Assembly (NCBI GenBank): GCA_050084985.1
Contig: JBITNC010000001.1
Coordinates: 180,358,001-180,422,000, forward strand
DNA: 64,000 bases
Source of the DNA: Nageia nagi
Lineage: Eukaryota; Plantae; Pinophyta
Direction: 5' to 3'
Numbering within the stretch: position 1 is the first letter of the stretch; every line of letters starts with the position of its first letter. The translations under genes and the position numbers were made by a program. Shown piece by piece: positions 1-12,539 of this stretch. The notes beneath the pieces were generated by a model, which saw only the letters and a list, made by a program, of their open reading frames with translations, had not been told where the DNA came from and made no database searches.

Positions 1-1092
1 TTTATCTAAAATGGATTTCATTTTCTTAGATTTTTTATACTAAGATATGTTCAACAAATACAAATTTATTATCCTAGATCCATTCTAATTCCTACGATTT
101 TGAATTACATTTTATTGATCTTGATTATTCAAAAGGGTTTCAATTTATCAATTATGATGAATATCACTTGTGTAATATTGGTAGTATAATCAAGATATCA
201 TCTTATCAATTTGAATTCAATTATACACCAACTATTCCTTAATTGAAATTGATTGATTATATTTTTTTTGGTGCCACTAATAATAAATATCGTTACAATA
301 TGTGATGGTATTTACACCCTAATTTAATGTTGATGCTTATTTAAGCATTTGCACTTTTTCCATTATCACCAAAGTAGAGGCCGACTTGAGCTGTGTGATA
401 ATAATCATAGAGAGATCATTCCTAGGTCACTTAGGGTTCTCCCCAAATGAGGGGGTATATGATAAGATTTATAGAATAAAGTTGGGGAGGGTTAATAATT
501 GGGCTTACATTCCATTTCAGATACTACTAGGGTGGCTTCATCATTGAGATATTTGACCAACTCTTTGTTAATGAAGTGTGCCAATAAGTCTTTCCATGAA
601 CTACATTTATGATGTGAAATTTTCAAGAGGTAAAGGGAAATGTTCAATTAGGCATTTGACATGCTAATGAAGGAGCAAAATGAGAATATTGCTAAGAGAG
701 AAAATATCCTTGAATGTATACATGATTTAAGTGATGAATGTATATATGATGCATCTAACTGATCTTATTTATGATTTTCTTGTGGCTTGCAGGTTTCTTT
801 GAAAGATTGCAGGTTACTTACTTCAAGTGTACAAGCATATAAGGCTCATCATGTCAACATATTATTAAATGAATACTACTTGTACATTATAATCATTTAT
901 GGTTGATGATTATTGTATTGTAAACTATTTTTTCAATTGGTTAATTAGTTGAGCCTTATTTAGGATCTAAATTCTATTACTCCTTAATAAGTCAAGTTAT
1001 CATCTTCAAATGTATTTATTATGGAGGATAACTCTCTTACACTGCCTTTCTATCTTCTCTTCTCTCTATCCCAATATCACATTAATGGAGAG
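1..1092 (+). mobile_element. 3' internal region of a Copia-related LTR element (relative of elements C and E), truncated by window start
   Basis: 830-1092 visibly matches 38040-38296 and 51165-51414 (ggctcatcatgtcaac...catttatggttgatgat...aactctcttacact...ccaatat). It ends in a purine tract (atggagag) directly before TGTTAG. No pol is seen. Confidence 0.75.
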
Positions 1093-1726
1093 TGTTAGAA
1101 CATATAATGTATTATTGTGTAAATAACTTAGGTATATTATTCCTAATTAATTAAAAATCAAAGAAACATATACAACACCTAAGTTAGGAGGAAAATTATT
1201 TTCCAAAATGGAATAATCTACTTATTATAAAAATATGGATTATCAATGTATGCAAATATGGATCCCCATCAATTTTTTATCAAGGTTATTTTCATATGTG
1301 GATATAGACCCACATACTTAAAATAGAAGTATGATCATATCTAACTATTGAATAGGCATGGGTAAAAATCCTTCCACCTACCATTACCACCTAATGTGAG
1401 GATATGGATATCCTAAATAATTTATTATTCCCCTTGGGTAAAAGGGTTAACCAAAGTAGGGTTTTAGCTTATAAAAGAAAGGCTAGGCTTTTTTGTAAAG
1501 TACTCACTTGTAGAAGCATTATCATGTTACTAGTTTAGAGATCTAGGTTGATAGAAAGGTTGTAAAAGAGATACTGTGAAGATAAGTAATAGATTTAGAT
1601 TCAATTGAATGTACTCTCATATGGAGAGGAACCACTATACTACTTATGTGTATATTTATTTGATTAAAGTTAATTTATCAGAGGATGCCCAAGTGATCTT
1701 GGTTTAGGGATCCTCCAATTCCTTCA
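1093..1726 (+). repeat. 3' LTR of Copia-related element
   Basis: Starts TGTTAGAA after the PPT and ends ...gatcctccaattccttCA. The 3' half resembles the LTRs at 29519-30037 and 51415-51932 (gaatgtact...atggaggaacca...gtgatcttgg...atcct). Confidence 0.75.
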
Positions 1727-2700
1727 CTAATAATTTATGATGACCTGACATGTATCCCCTTAAGAGTGTAGATACATTTAGAATAAAGTAACACAAGGAG
1801 AGGTTTCTTCTTAAAATTTCCATAATATTTCATCATTTATGGTGAACAAATTCCTATAAGATCATTGCAAGAAATTTTAAGAGTTACATCTTTTGAGTTA
1901 TCAATATCCTTATTAGTATCCTCTGCTACAATTTCATCCTCTTCCTCCCCTGAACTTGTAGGAGCATCAAAATTAAAGAAGTATAACTTTTGTATCATAT
2001 AATAATGACCTAGGTCATCCTTTTCATTGTAATTATAGTAGAGACCCTTCTCCTTATGCTCCTTCATTTTCTTTAGACTAATTTACTTGACTATTAATGA
2101 CTAATTAGGTTTGAGAGAAAATTGAGGATCCTATGTTTGATAAATGGCTAATTTATCTAATAAATTTAAGCATTGAATTTGTCATCAATAAGTTTGGATA
2201 ACTTAATTGCATGCATCACCATTTTTGGATTGAACATTTTCACTTCTACTCAAATCTCATTATTTAATCTACTAATGAAACAATATTTAAAAAATGATTA
2301 ATCTAACCCTTTAGTGTGATTTTTATGATTTGCAAACTAATTTTGATACTCCTTCATAGATGAATTTTATTGTAAATTTGTAAGAGCTCCTGTGAAATTT
2401 TCAAAGTCACTTGGATCAAATTGAATAAGTATATTTTAATGAAATATCCCTAAGAGTGGGTTCTATTTTCCTTCTCAAATCACTAGTACCATTGAATAAC
2501 TTTCTTTTTGAGATGAAATGATGCAATATTTACCTTATACGTATTAATAATATAATTCAATAAGAAATGGAGTTATGCTTTATAAATCTAACCAATTGGA
2601 TCATCACCACCAAATTTTGGGAAGTTAATATAAGCTTGTTTGAGGGAGAATGAATACCTATTGAGAACCCTAGTGTATCTAATATGGTTTCCATCCTAAT
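1727..2700 (-). pseudogene. Degenerate Ty3/gypsy gag (retrotrans_gag + zinc-knuckle region) and start of protease
   Basis: ORF 1837-2067 KEKGLYYNYNEKDDLGHYY...ISCNDLIGICSP is a decayed version of the gypsy R.KGLCY.CDEK...GH.C...ISL.AL.G motif. The minus strand near 2590-2630 reads as a FPKFGGDDPIGW-like gag start. Confidence 0.75.
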
Positions 2701-3428
2701 TTTTAGGATTTTCTTTATTGTTGTGAGCTTGAACTTGATTTGATACCCCCAATGGATGTTGTTTGATTTTGATTCATTGTGACATGTTGGTTCTCAAGAT
2801 ATCATATTTGGCATCAAGATTGGATATTGATGCTTGTATAGCGGTTATGTTTTTATTTAGTTTATTTATATCTTGCTTTCATAATAATTTAATGATCTTA
2901 GCTAACCTTTTCAATAATTTTTAAAAGTCCTTAGATTTCCTTCCTTTAACCATTTCAAATTACATTCGGGTTCAACTTACTATTTTTAGAAACTTCTATT
3001 TTTAAAAATTGAAAATTGTATGAGTGTTATATATAAAAATGATAAACATGAAAAAATAATCATAATGGACTACCTCACACAATGATAATTTTTGTACCCC
3101 TAGATTTTTTTAAAATCATTACCAAAGGTAACAAATGGGCACACTAAGAATTTGCTAATTCCTTATGATTTGGGAGATATTGACCTTGGAAGTTTTTGGT
3201 CCATTTTAGAATTGCTATTTTGGATGAAACATTTAGGAGGTTCCATAGAATTTTGAAAAAATTTGGGCATAATTTTAGTTGAAAAATGAATAAAATATAG
3301 GGTTTCAACTCAATTATACCTAGCAATTTAGTAAAATTTGGTTAATGTTTTTACTGAAAAATGGATAATTTCTATATCTTCAACTTGATACGACCACCTA
3401 GAACTACCCATAGGTAGCCAAAATTGAT

Positions 3429-3440
3429 GCTCTGATACCA
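3429..3440 (-). promoter_or_regulatory. Primer-binding site (tRNA-iMet)
   Basis: gctctgatacca is the reverse complement of TGGTATCAGAGC and lies 2 nt from the LTR end at 3443. Confidence 0.85.
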
Positions 3441-3442
3441 CT

Positions 3443-3857
3443 TGTTAGGAACCTAACAAAACTAAAAAGGTTTTTATTTTAAATAGCAATAAAATATGAA
3501 TAATAATGAATAACTAATAGATTCATAAAGCAACATGACATAGAAATGGAATAATATATTTAGATTGATAATATGATAGTATAACAAAATAACTTTACTG
3601 ATAGCAATATGAATCGTAGGCCACTTAAAGGGGGCTTCCTACTTTATAACTCAAAAGACAAATGGTTTTCCAATATGGTATCTTTACCCCTCTTACAAAT
3701 ATTTATAAACTTCCATCCCTAACCCTAATTAGTGGTTTAATTCAAAATGGCAATCTACTTTATAAAAATATGATGGTTCACATCATAAGTTGGTACAAGT
3801 AGATAACTAAAATAAATAATAACATAATTAAACCTAATTAAATGTTAGAATATAATA
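3443..3857 (-). repeat. LTR of the minus-strand gypsy
   Basis: Bounded by TGTTAGG (3443, next to the PBS) and by a pyrimidine tract ttccctctc (3858-3866) that is a PPT on the minus strand. The terminal TG has decayed to TA. Confidence 0.6.
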
Positions 3858-4175
3858 TTCCCTCTCATTTTTAATCTTGGAGGGACTTCATCCTCCATAA
3901 GCTAGGAATTATCGATTTATCACAAAAAATGAATAGAGAATCTTGTGCCAATTATTTTGAAAGATTACATGATATGATTTCATCAAGAAATGAAGGAAAT
4001 ATGGTAATTTGAAGTTCATCCATTGACCCAAAATTATCATATCATGCATATGCATAAGAATCCAAAACTCTATTTCCAGTTTTCCACTAGAAATGCGATG
4101 TTCCTCTTCTAGGGATTTACAATTATTACTTTTATAATTTAGAAGTGATTTATATTTAATTAGCAATATTTTAAC

Positions 4176-5476
4176 GTAATTCCACTTGGAGGTTCTCCAA
4201 CATGGGATGTAGGACTCTATGAGTCATTACTTGTTATTTTAATGTATTAATTGTATGAACCAATTAATGATGCCAAATAAATACTATAATTAAAATACTA
4301 AGGCAATTATTATTTGTAAATGCAATATTAGTCTCTTTAAAGGAGGTATTGCATATTCATAGCCTTGATGAATGTAATTTAGAATATCAAGGTACTTTAA
4401 TACCTCTTTGTGTTATTATGATCCCCTAGGCCTAATATCACACTTAGGGGTAGAGAATGGGGATATTAAGGGGGAAACACTCATCCTTAGGTGTAGGGGA
4501 CTCCTAGAGGAAGGTGTGACATCATGATGGATGATAATGCATTATTAGATGTAATTTTACGAATCCCAAGTCACCCACATTTCAATGTAACACTTCAAGG
4601 ATACATCTCAACCATCCATCATAATTGTAGTGATCCCAAGGCATATGGAATCTTCTAAGGATGATGTAGAATATAGAGGATACTAAAAGACTATAAAATG
4701 AGGATGAGGATTCACTTGAAGATATGCTTATTTGGAATTATTTATATCTTCTTCAAGTTGTGGGCATCAACTCCTTATTGAAGAAAATCCTTAAGAGAGG
4801 TGTTGAAGCTTAGTGAGGTTTCAAAGTTGTACAAATTGCTACTTTGAGGCATAAAACACCTCAAAGGATTTGCTAGTTATTTAGGAGTGTTGGCATTATC
4901 CTATATTACCTTAACACTCCTAGATACCTTAGTGTCTTACGCATAACTTGCAGAGGAAGAAGACTTAATGTAACCTTGCCCATCTATGGCATAACCCTAG
5001 TGCTATTTATTTATTCTCAACTACTTTATTAGAAATCCTTAGTTAAGGCATAATTTTCTCTTTACAAGGTATGTAATTTGTTTCTCATTACAATATTATT
5101 ACATTATTTTATGACTCAATTATTGGGTTATCTTTTAGAGTCTTGCCCTAGTAGGCTAGATGTTAGGATTATGCATGCTATATTTCATTATTCTACAATA
5201 TTTCTTGGATGTTGGGTTTACGTTAGCATTATTACATGTTTATGGATGAATTATCTCTCTTTAATATGTACATTGGTATTTTGGATGTGTGATGTTGAGT
5301 TTATGCACTAGGTCTATTTTGGATGTTTGTGGATGTATTTTGGGTCTACCATTTGGGAGCTTGGATATTATTTACTAGTACATGAATGGGTTATTTTCTA
5401 GCTAAGGTACCTCTTAGCTAGCCTAGGTGTTCCTCTTTGGCATGATACCAGATCTACCCCAATCTAAGATATTACA
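4176..5476 (+). repeat. LTR (gypsy-type) followed by degenerate PBS; internal region cut off
   Basis: Ends ...gatattaCA, then gTGGTATTAGAGC (5478-5489). 4370-4450 resembles the reverse complement of 60560-60640 in the LTR at 59616-60810. The left boundary is approximate. Confidence 0.6.
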
Positions 5477-5544
5477 GTGGTATTAGAGCTAAGATTTATC
5501 ACACCTATTAGGAAGAAATTTGACATCAACTTACAAAATATTCA

Positions 5545-6374
5545 CATTGGCATTATTTTTATATTTTTATCTATCTCTAGGATTAACCTAAGTGAAGAAT
5601 AATAAACATGTAACATGTACTAATGTAATATCTAATTTATTTAACTAAGATATAAAATATAAAAGATGATAGAAACAATAAGAGATATTTTTTTGAATTA
5701 ATATAGTAGTGCAATAAAAAATGTATCAAGATAAAAAAATAGTGAGAGCAAAAACTAAAGATATTGAATCAAGTGTAATATAAATACCTGCAAATCCTTA
5801 CCTAGGAAAATGTTGATAATATATAGATTAAAACTTATCAAGGATATATGACCTTGATGTGCAAAACCCATAGAGCATAACAACAAGAATGGTAGTACAA
5901 ACACCAATGATAGTGTGGATGCTAGGTATAGAAACATGATAATGCAGGCATACTCGATGATGCAAATGCTAGGTTTCTGACCAAGTAGAGTTCACACCAA
6001 GGATTGAAGCATAATAGAGTATCGATAAGTTGAGCCAAACATATAATTACATAATATGGAATGACATATATTCTTGAGTGATAATAAGATCATAATTCCA
6101 ATAGGTAGTGATTAGAAACAACTAAATGTTAGGTATTGACCATCGAGATGAAATCTTGACTACATTTCCATATGATCATACTTACCTTTATATACGCATG
6201 AGATATCCACCAATGGTCCTTCAAAAAGGTTAGCATTGATGCTGGGGTACCTAGCATAGAAATAAGAAGATCACATGAGATAAGTTTGATAATAACACCA
6301 ATAACATGATAAGATCATTATAGTGTAATACCTAAGTAAGACCATATTAGGAGGACCAAATTTAGGTGTGAATA
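5545..6374 (-). repeat. 3' LTR of outermost minus-strand Tat/Ogre-like gypsy (element 0)
   Basis: The reverse complement reads aaagtggggcatc|TATTCACACCTAAA, matching aaaggagagcatc|TGTTGACACCTAAA at the 3' LTR of A. The internal motif taggtaagga...tatttatattacactt is shared with the A LTRs. The left boundary is approximate (5521-5545). Confidence 0.7.
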
Positions 6375-6770
6375 GATGCCCCACTTTGCAAGTATAATGA
6401 AATGAAATTATACTTTTAAAGGAAGTGAATAAGAAAGAGAAGAAAAATTTGATACTTCCTTAGTATAATTGTAGAACTACTCAATCATCAAGGATTGATG
6501 ATGTATACTACCCCCTCTTTGTCTTAGTTGTGAGATAAAAAGGTAAACCATGCAATAGGAACTTCAAGCATAACCTCAAAAAGAAAAGACATAAAAAATT
6601 AAAATCCAAGCATATATGTGATGATAAACTTGTAAAAGATATAGCAATGATAGTAAGAGTAATAATCATCATAAATGTATGATATCACCATGGTAACACT
6701 CAATTCCCTATTTATAGATAAAAATCATCATAGTAGAAACAAGCATCCCATTCATGGACTCATACATAAC

Positions 6771-7569
6771 TGTTGACACCTAAAAGTGGTCCCTTGAATA
6801 CACTTTCACTTAGATGCAAATTTATATACATATTTAATCATATTTTACCTTATTATCACATATTTTTTAGGTTGTATTCTTATTTTTATGTTAGGCACAC
6901 CAGGACAACTTCAACCAATATTCAAGGGATCAAATGATGATATAACACTTGATATAAATGTAAGTATCTCTAACCTAGGGAAGGCAGGTCAAGATTACAT
7001 CTAGATAGTCATTACCCTAGTGTTGGATGATTCTAAATATTATTGATTAAGATTGGAATCTTGTTATCAATTGACCAAATATCTATCATTCATCTTCACA
7101 ATCATATTCTTAGTTTGACTTGTTATCATATATGCTATCATCAACTCTTATTACAGGACCTCATTTTATTCGAATGCTAGCACCTGTACTAAATTGCATG
7201 CTCACAATAAGTTCTTAGAATCTAATTCCCATGTTAGAATTCTTTCTAGAGTTGGCCTTAGGGTTCATACAGTAAGATCATTTCTCTTTGACAAGCCTAT
7301 CCAATATATTTTCAGCTTTAACATAGGTAAGGACACCTAGATATTTATATTACACTTTATTCCTTTATCTTTAATATATGCATTTATTTTATATCTTGAA
7401 ATCAATGTAATTTGTTATTCTATTACTGCACTACTATACTTTTGCTATATTTTTTCATTCATGTATTTTTATTTGAGTTAATTAGCTTGGATAAATCATA
7501 TTTAAATATTTATGTGTATTTAATTCATTTAGGATAAAGACCCTAGGTGTACCAAAACACATATCAACA
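6771..7569 (+). repeat. 5' LTR of element A
   Basis: TGTTGACACC...TATCAACA with terminal inverted repeat. Collinear with the split 3' LTR. Confidence 0.9.
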
Positions 7570-8197
7570 TATTGACATCCACCTTTCATAGCATTTTCTT
7601 TCTCTTAATTAGGGTTAGAATATATAGTGCTATCAAACCTACCCATTATTATACATCAATAACCTTAGGGTTCTTGGTTGCATTTGATCAATAATTTTAT
7701 GAGTGTGATAGAAATGGTAAATATAACTCTTGAATTCTTAACCAAATTTATAACAATGCTCAAGTTTTAAGCTCTTATGATAAAGGCATCTGCACCTATA
7801 ACTTAGGTCATTAATCAGGCTAGCATAAACACTCACATAAGTAAGGACACTATTATCAACACCAATGCTAACAATAGTGTGAATGTTGGCAAACATTTGT
7901 AATGCTACTCAAATTTTCACCATCTAAAACCTTTAAATTTAAGACCATTTTTTTTCATTGATCGATTTGTCAGCTTCTCAAGGTTTACTATTTACAACAT
8001 ATTCTCACATGGTTTACATGATACATTATCGACATTATTTAGTCTTCATTATTTCTTTCTAAGTACAAGGGTTTGTTCACTAGGCATTCCTATCCTTGCT
8101 TTCAAATGGATACTCCTAATGATCGTACCCTTATTTTATTTGAACTTATTTACCATATCTTTAATCTTGAGAAGATGTACTTGTTATTTCGTAAAGG

Positions 8198-11100
8198 TTT
8201 AATATCGCTAATTTAAATGCAAATTAATATTCAAGATAACTTACAATTTAGATCCCATAACAATACCAAGCATCCCAAATTATTTCCCATAGTATCCCCA
8301 AACTATCCCATTTAATCCCAAAGGGTACCTAATATTTCTTGTATGGTCCTCAATCTTAATTTGGGTCCTTATGACTAATTTAGGATCCTTTCCAATCATT
8401 TGAATATTTAATAAGCCATAATTTACATTAATCAATTTCTATAATTTGTAAATAAAAATAAACACCATAACCTACTTTAATTTCAATTGAGGTCATGTAA
8501 CTTTGATGATATTTTTTAGCCCTAATTTTCCACTTCATTCATTAATGTATTATGTAAACTATAAACTCTTTAAATCTCAAAGTTAACAATTCTTTGAATA
8601 ATCAATAAGCAAAAAATAAATAATTTAATTAACTAAAGCATCTCATTTAAACATAATCCATACATGTAATAGATAAGACTACTTTTATTACACAAGTTAT
8701 TATAGGGAGAGAAATTAAAATAGTCTTGTGGTAAAATTTGAAAGTAAATCTTTAAAACATGTCATTAGTACATAGCAAATCATCTTTGTTTGAAATATCT
8801 ATAAAAGTATACTATGTACCTTTGATCATCTAATGAGATAAATGATAACCATGAATGAATTCAATACTTATCAAAATGAGTCTAAATAATACAAGAATCA
8901 TAACCTTTGACATATTGGTTAGCTTTTCTCCTTGTTAGTCATCCAATATCAAATAGATCAAACACATTAGTAAAGATTCTTTGAACATTAATTTTTAGTA
9001 GTAAAAAGACTCCTTATCTTTGCTCATGTAAATCTTCTTTTCATATACATTCAAGATTTTCATAGATAAATGGTTATAAGTATTAGAAGTGAATCTCGAG
9101 CATAAGAGGATTAAAACAACTCATCTCCTTTTGGAACCCATATGCATATGCACAAACTAATTAACACATCATCTATTAAAATTTGTAGTCTCATGAGGTT
9201 TTACGCTTTTTATGAAGTTACCTCTCTTTCTTGACCATATAACATTAAAAAATGAGGTTATTTTTCTAAGTAGAATTCTTTATAATTATATCTCATAGTA
9301 TTTCAAATTAATACTATGCTTCTTGCATTTAAGCCAATTATCTTAATTCAAATATCAATGATTTTTTTTAATTAAAATATTACAATAATTCATACATTCT
9401 CTGCCTTTATTGCTAAATCCAAATAGATATTATATAATTGATCTATTTTAAATAATCATCTTTCAAGCCATTATAAAAAGAATTAAAATTCTTTTTAAAA
9501 TAGTGGTTCATCATTAAGTAGTCTTAAATTAACTTTCAAAATAAATACTTGTACTCTAAACCTTACCAATTATTTATTTCTTACCTTTAGATGATATTTT
9601 GATTGTCCCTCAATCTCATTCTTACATTTATTTAAAAATAATTGTATTTAATCATTAAATCTATTTTATAAAATAAGCGTAATCTAATCATGGAATAATA
9701 TCCTACTAAGACTTCATATTGTTTTATTAAGCTCTGCGAAATATTTGTTAATTTACAACAATATCAAATGTTAGTAAACCTTGGTACTGTTTGACAAAAT
9801 GCACTATATGTGAATCGTATATGATGATGGGGTCTGTCAATATTAAGTAAAATGCCTTTCAAAAAGCAATCTCTTGGAATGCAAAGATCACATATTAGGC
9901 ACAGATGTAATCAGTGAAAGCGGATGTGATTTGTTTAACAAGGTACTTATTAAAAAGTAGTATCCATATAATGCAATGTTCACAGGATAGGCACAAGCGG
10001 AGATATTATTAAGGACCATAATTTATTGGACAAGATTCTAATCAAGAGGCAAATGGAGAGATTGCACTACTCGTAGGTTAAATTTTTACTCAACAACCTA
10101 TATATATATATATATTAAAAAGCATACCATCAAGAGAGCTTCAAAAGAAGGTATGGAGATTTCCGTTAATCATGTAGGTAAACCATGGAAGAATATACAA
10201 GATCCAAGAATAGTTCATGACCCACAATGATCACTGAATACATAGAAGAATTTTTTTTAATATAATATAATGGGCATAAATACCCTGAGAGATATAGAAT
10301 GCAGATGCGTAGAGAAGACTCATGATGTGTTCAGTAAGTTACCTGATATATTGAGGCATACACAACCTGATAGTCAAATATGCAGCAGGTGAAATAATAC
10401 TCAACGTCTGGGAATTGTTTGATAGAAATAAATGCACAAAATGGATTCTTATGATAAGGCATAGAAGATTTCTAAGCAGATGTAATAGTCAGGTGAAAGC
10501 CAATATCTGAAATCTATATCAGTATTCTTTCAACATTTTTCCATCATGTAAGTTTTCTGAAGAAGATGCGGGTTCACTATTAGATAGATATGCAAAGCAC
10601 ATGGAGAAAGCACAGAGATTCATTAAAGAGTAGTTTAAATATTTCTTATCTGATATGGTGGTTATAAATGCTTGAGAAACATGTAATCCAAAATGGGGAA
10701 TATACAGAGCCTGAAAATCATTTGATAGTGCAAAATATAAGCCTAGTCTCATGGATTATAATGATAACAGAATATGCACAAAAATAAAAATTGGTTTTCT
10801 GATAGTGTGACATCTATGGGTAAAGTCAAACTCAGAAAGCTTCACCAGCATTCTTCTAAAGAGTACCATTGCGAAGACAAAGAGATGGGATTTCATCAAA
10901 GAGCATTTGACAATGGTTTTTCGTCAAAAATAACAGACATGAGGTAAACTAATTTCATGAACTAAATGATAACAATATATATATGGTTTTATTGAATAGT
11001 ATAAGGAACTTCTAATCAAATGTAATGAATAGGTGTAAGATTCATGCTTTACAACATCTTCCAACATTCATTCAGCAAGTGTTAATGTGATAGTCCTCAA

Positions 11101-12309
11101 AGGAGGTATTGAGATCCATCAAAATGTAAATGAGAATGGTTTCTCCTCTATTATTATGGTTGTGGTTGTGAGAGCTCTAATAGTGCATAAAGTGGGAGAA
11201 TATGTACAAACCCCAAAATCAAAATATTAAATGGGCTTTTTGAAATGATGCTAAAGGTTTCTAAACAAATGTAAAAAGTAAAATTCTACAACTCTAACTT
11301 GACTAGTCAAGCCTCAATATTTTTAATTTAATATATATATCAACTAAGTACTAACTAAATCCTTTCATAACAACCAAACCATTAATTCTCTTTTTTTCCA
11401 TAATCTTTATCCATAGAGTACAAGTCTTCACATGTCATATAGCAATCAAAAAATCTTATCCAAGTACTTAAATAGTATTAAAATATTTCAATGGACCCCC
11501 TTTTTTTTAAACAAACTACAATAAATGCAAGTAGGCTTTACAATGTATCTAAATAATTTATAAAGCCTTACATAAAAATATCAAATAATTCTAAAGAAAC
11601 CTTTTCTAACGTACTTTAGTAGTAAAAGCAAGTAAATGAACCTTTCTTTCAAACTTTAGGAAATGCAATACATTCACAAGGTAACCAAACATTTTGACCA
11701 AATATCCAAAAAGCAAGAAGGAAAGTACCTGAGGTTGAAGAAGAGGGGATCCTTTTCTCCACATTACTTTAACCAAAATTCTTGGAAAGAATAGAAGAGA
11801 ATGCCTATTCCTCTAAACTTTCTCAATATTTATAGGCCAAATGGAACTAATACTTCCAAAAAAAGAACTATTATTCCACCTCATAATATTTACATGTAAA
11901 GGTGGAGATGTTGATATTTTTGTAAAATTTTTGAGATATCTACAAGACTTTATTTCAAATCATTAATACCTATCTTCAAATAATAAATTGGGTGGGGTTA
12001 TGAACTCAATTATTTTAGAAGGTGCTAAAGTAGTCTAATTATAAAGAAAAGATAAGTGTTCTTTCTTATCCCTAAGTTTAATTTTTGTTAATTATTACCA
12101 ATTTCTTTAGTTAAAATTTGAATTCCAATCAATGAAATATTTCTTGTAAGTAAGCAACAAATTTTTAAAAATATATATTAATCTTTTACATACACACTTA
12201 TTACCCACAATGATCTTTTCATCCTGCAACATAAATTTATTAGTGCACATTCACATCCACATAGATATTTTTGAAAACATAAGTTTTATATGCATCTATA
12301 TGATTTACA
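8198..12309. mobile_element. Possible ~4.1-kb insertion in the leader/5' ORF of A, containing an LTR-like segment (11203-12309) and exon-like sequence
   Basis: Ends are tttaatatc (decayed TGTAATATC?) and ...tttaCA, flanked by aaagg/aaggg (4/5 match). Removing it joins MDTPNDRTLILFELIYHIFNLEKMYLLFRK|GHYEFVNNSMPIIF in frame. No matching LTR pair was found. Confidence 0.4.
9780..10906 (-). pseudogene. Candidate chain of five small exons (captured gene fragment or spliced non-coding)
   Basis: Segments 10846-10906, 10650-10710, 10343-10366, 10128-10233 and 9780-9833 are bounded by CAG acceptors and GT donors on the minus strand; two sites carry a G-to-A change. Local CpG retention is higher. The product is not recognised and every frame has stops. 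Confidence 0.4.
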
Positions 12310-12539
12310 AAGGGTCATTATGAGTTTGTCAACAATTCAATGCCAATCATTTTCTTGCTCTTACTAATTCATTCTCTTAACCACTCATCCTAGTTCTCTG
12401 AAATCTCTATCTTGGTTCTTTTGCTAGATCGACCTGGTACCTGTGTCGTACACAATCTCAAAACCAACATCATATTAATACAAAAAAAACATATTTCTAT
12501 TTATCATCACATAAAAATAATTTGAACATAGTTTCATTC

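Noticed and set aside
6491-6522. First PPT-like tract (and 19888-19905) as the real LTR boundary, which would make gag-pol 12540-18752 a separate element
   Set aside because: The true LTR start (PPT-gcatc-TGTTGACACCTAAA type) is at 6374 and 29294, and the ATAAC TSD ties the A LTRs together. Kept only as a relic motif.
12415-12450. CTAG as a Helitron 3' end
   Set aside because: No upstream GC hairpin, no matching 5' TC boundary, and the site lies within the apparent A reading frame.
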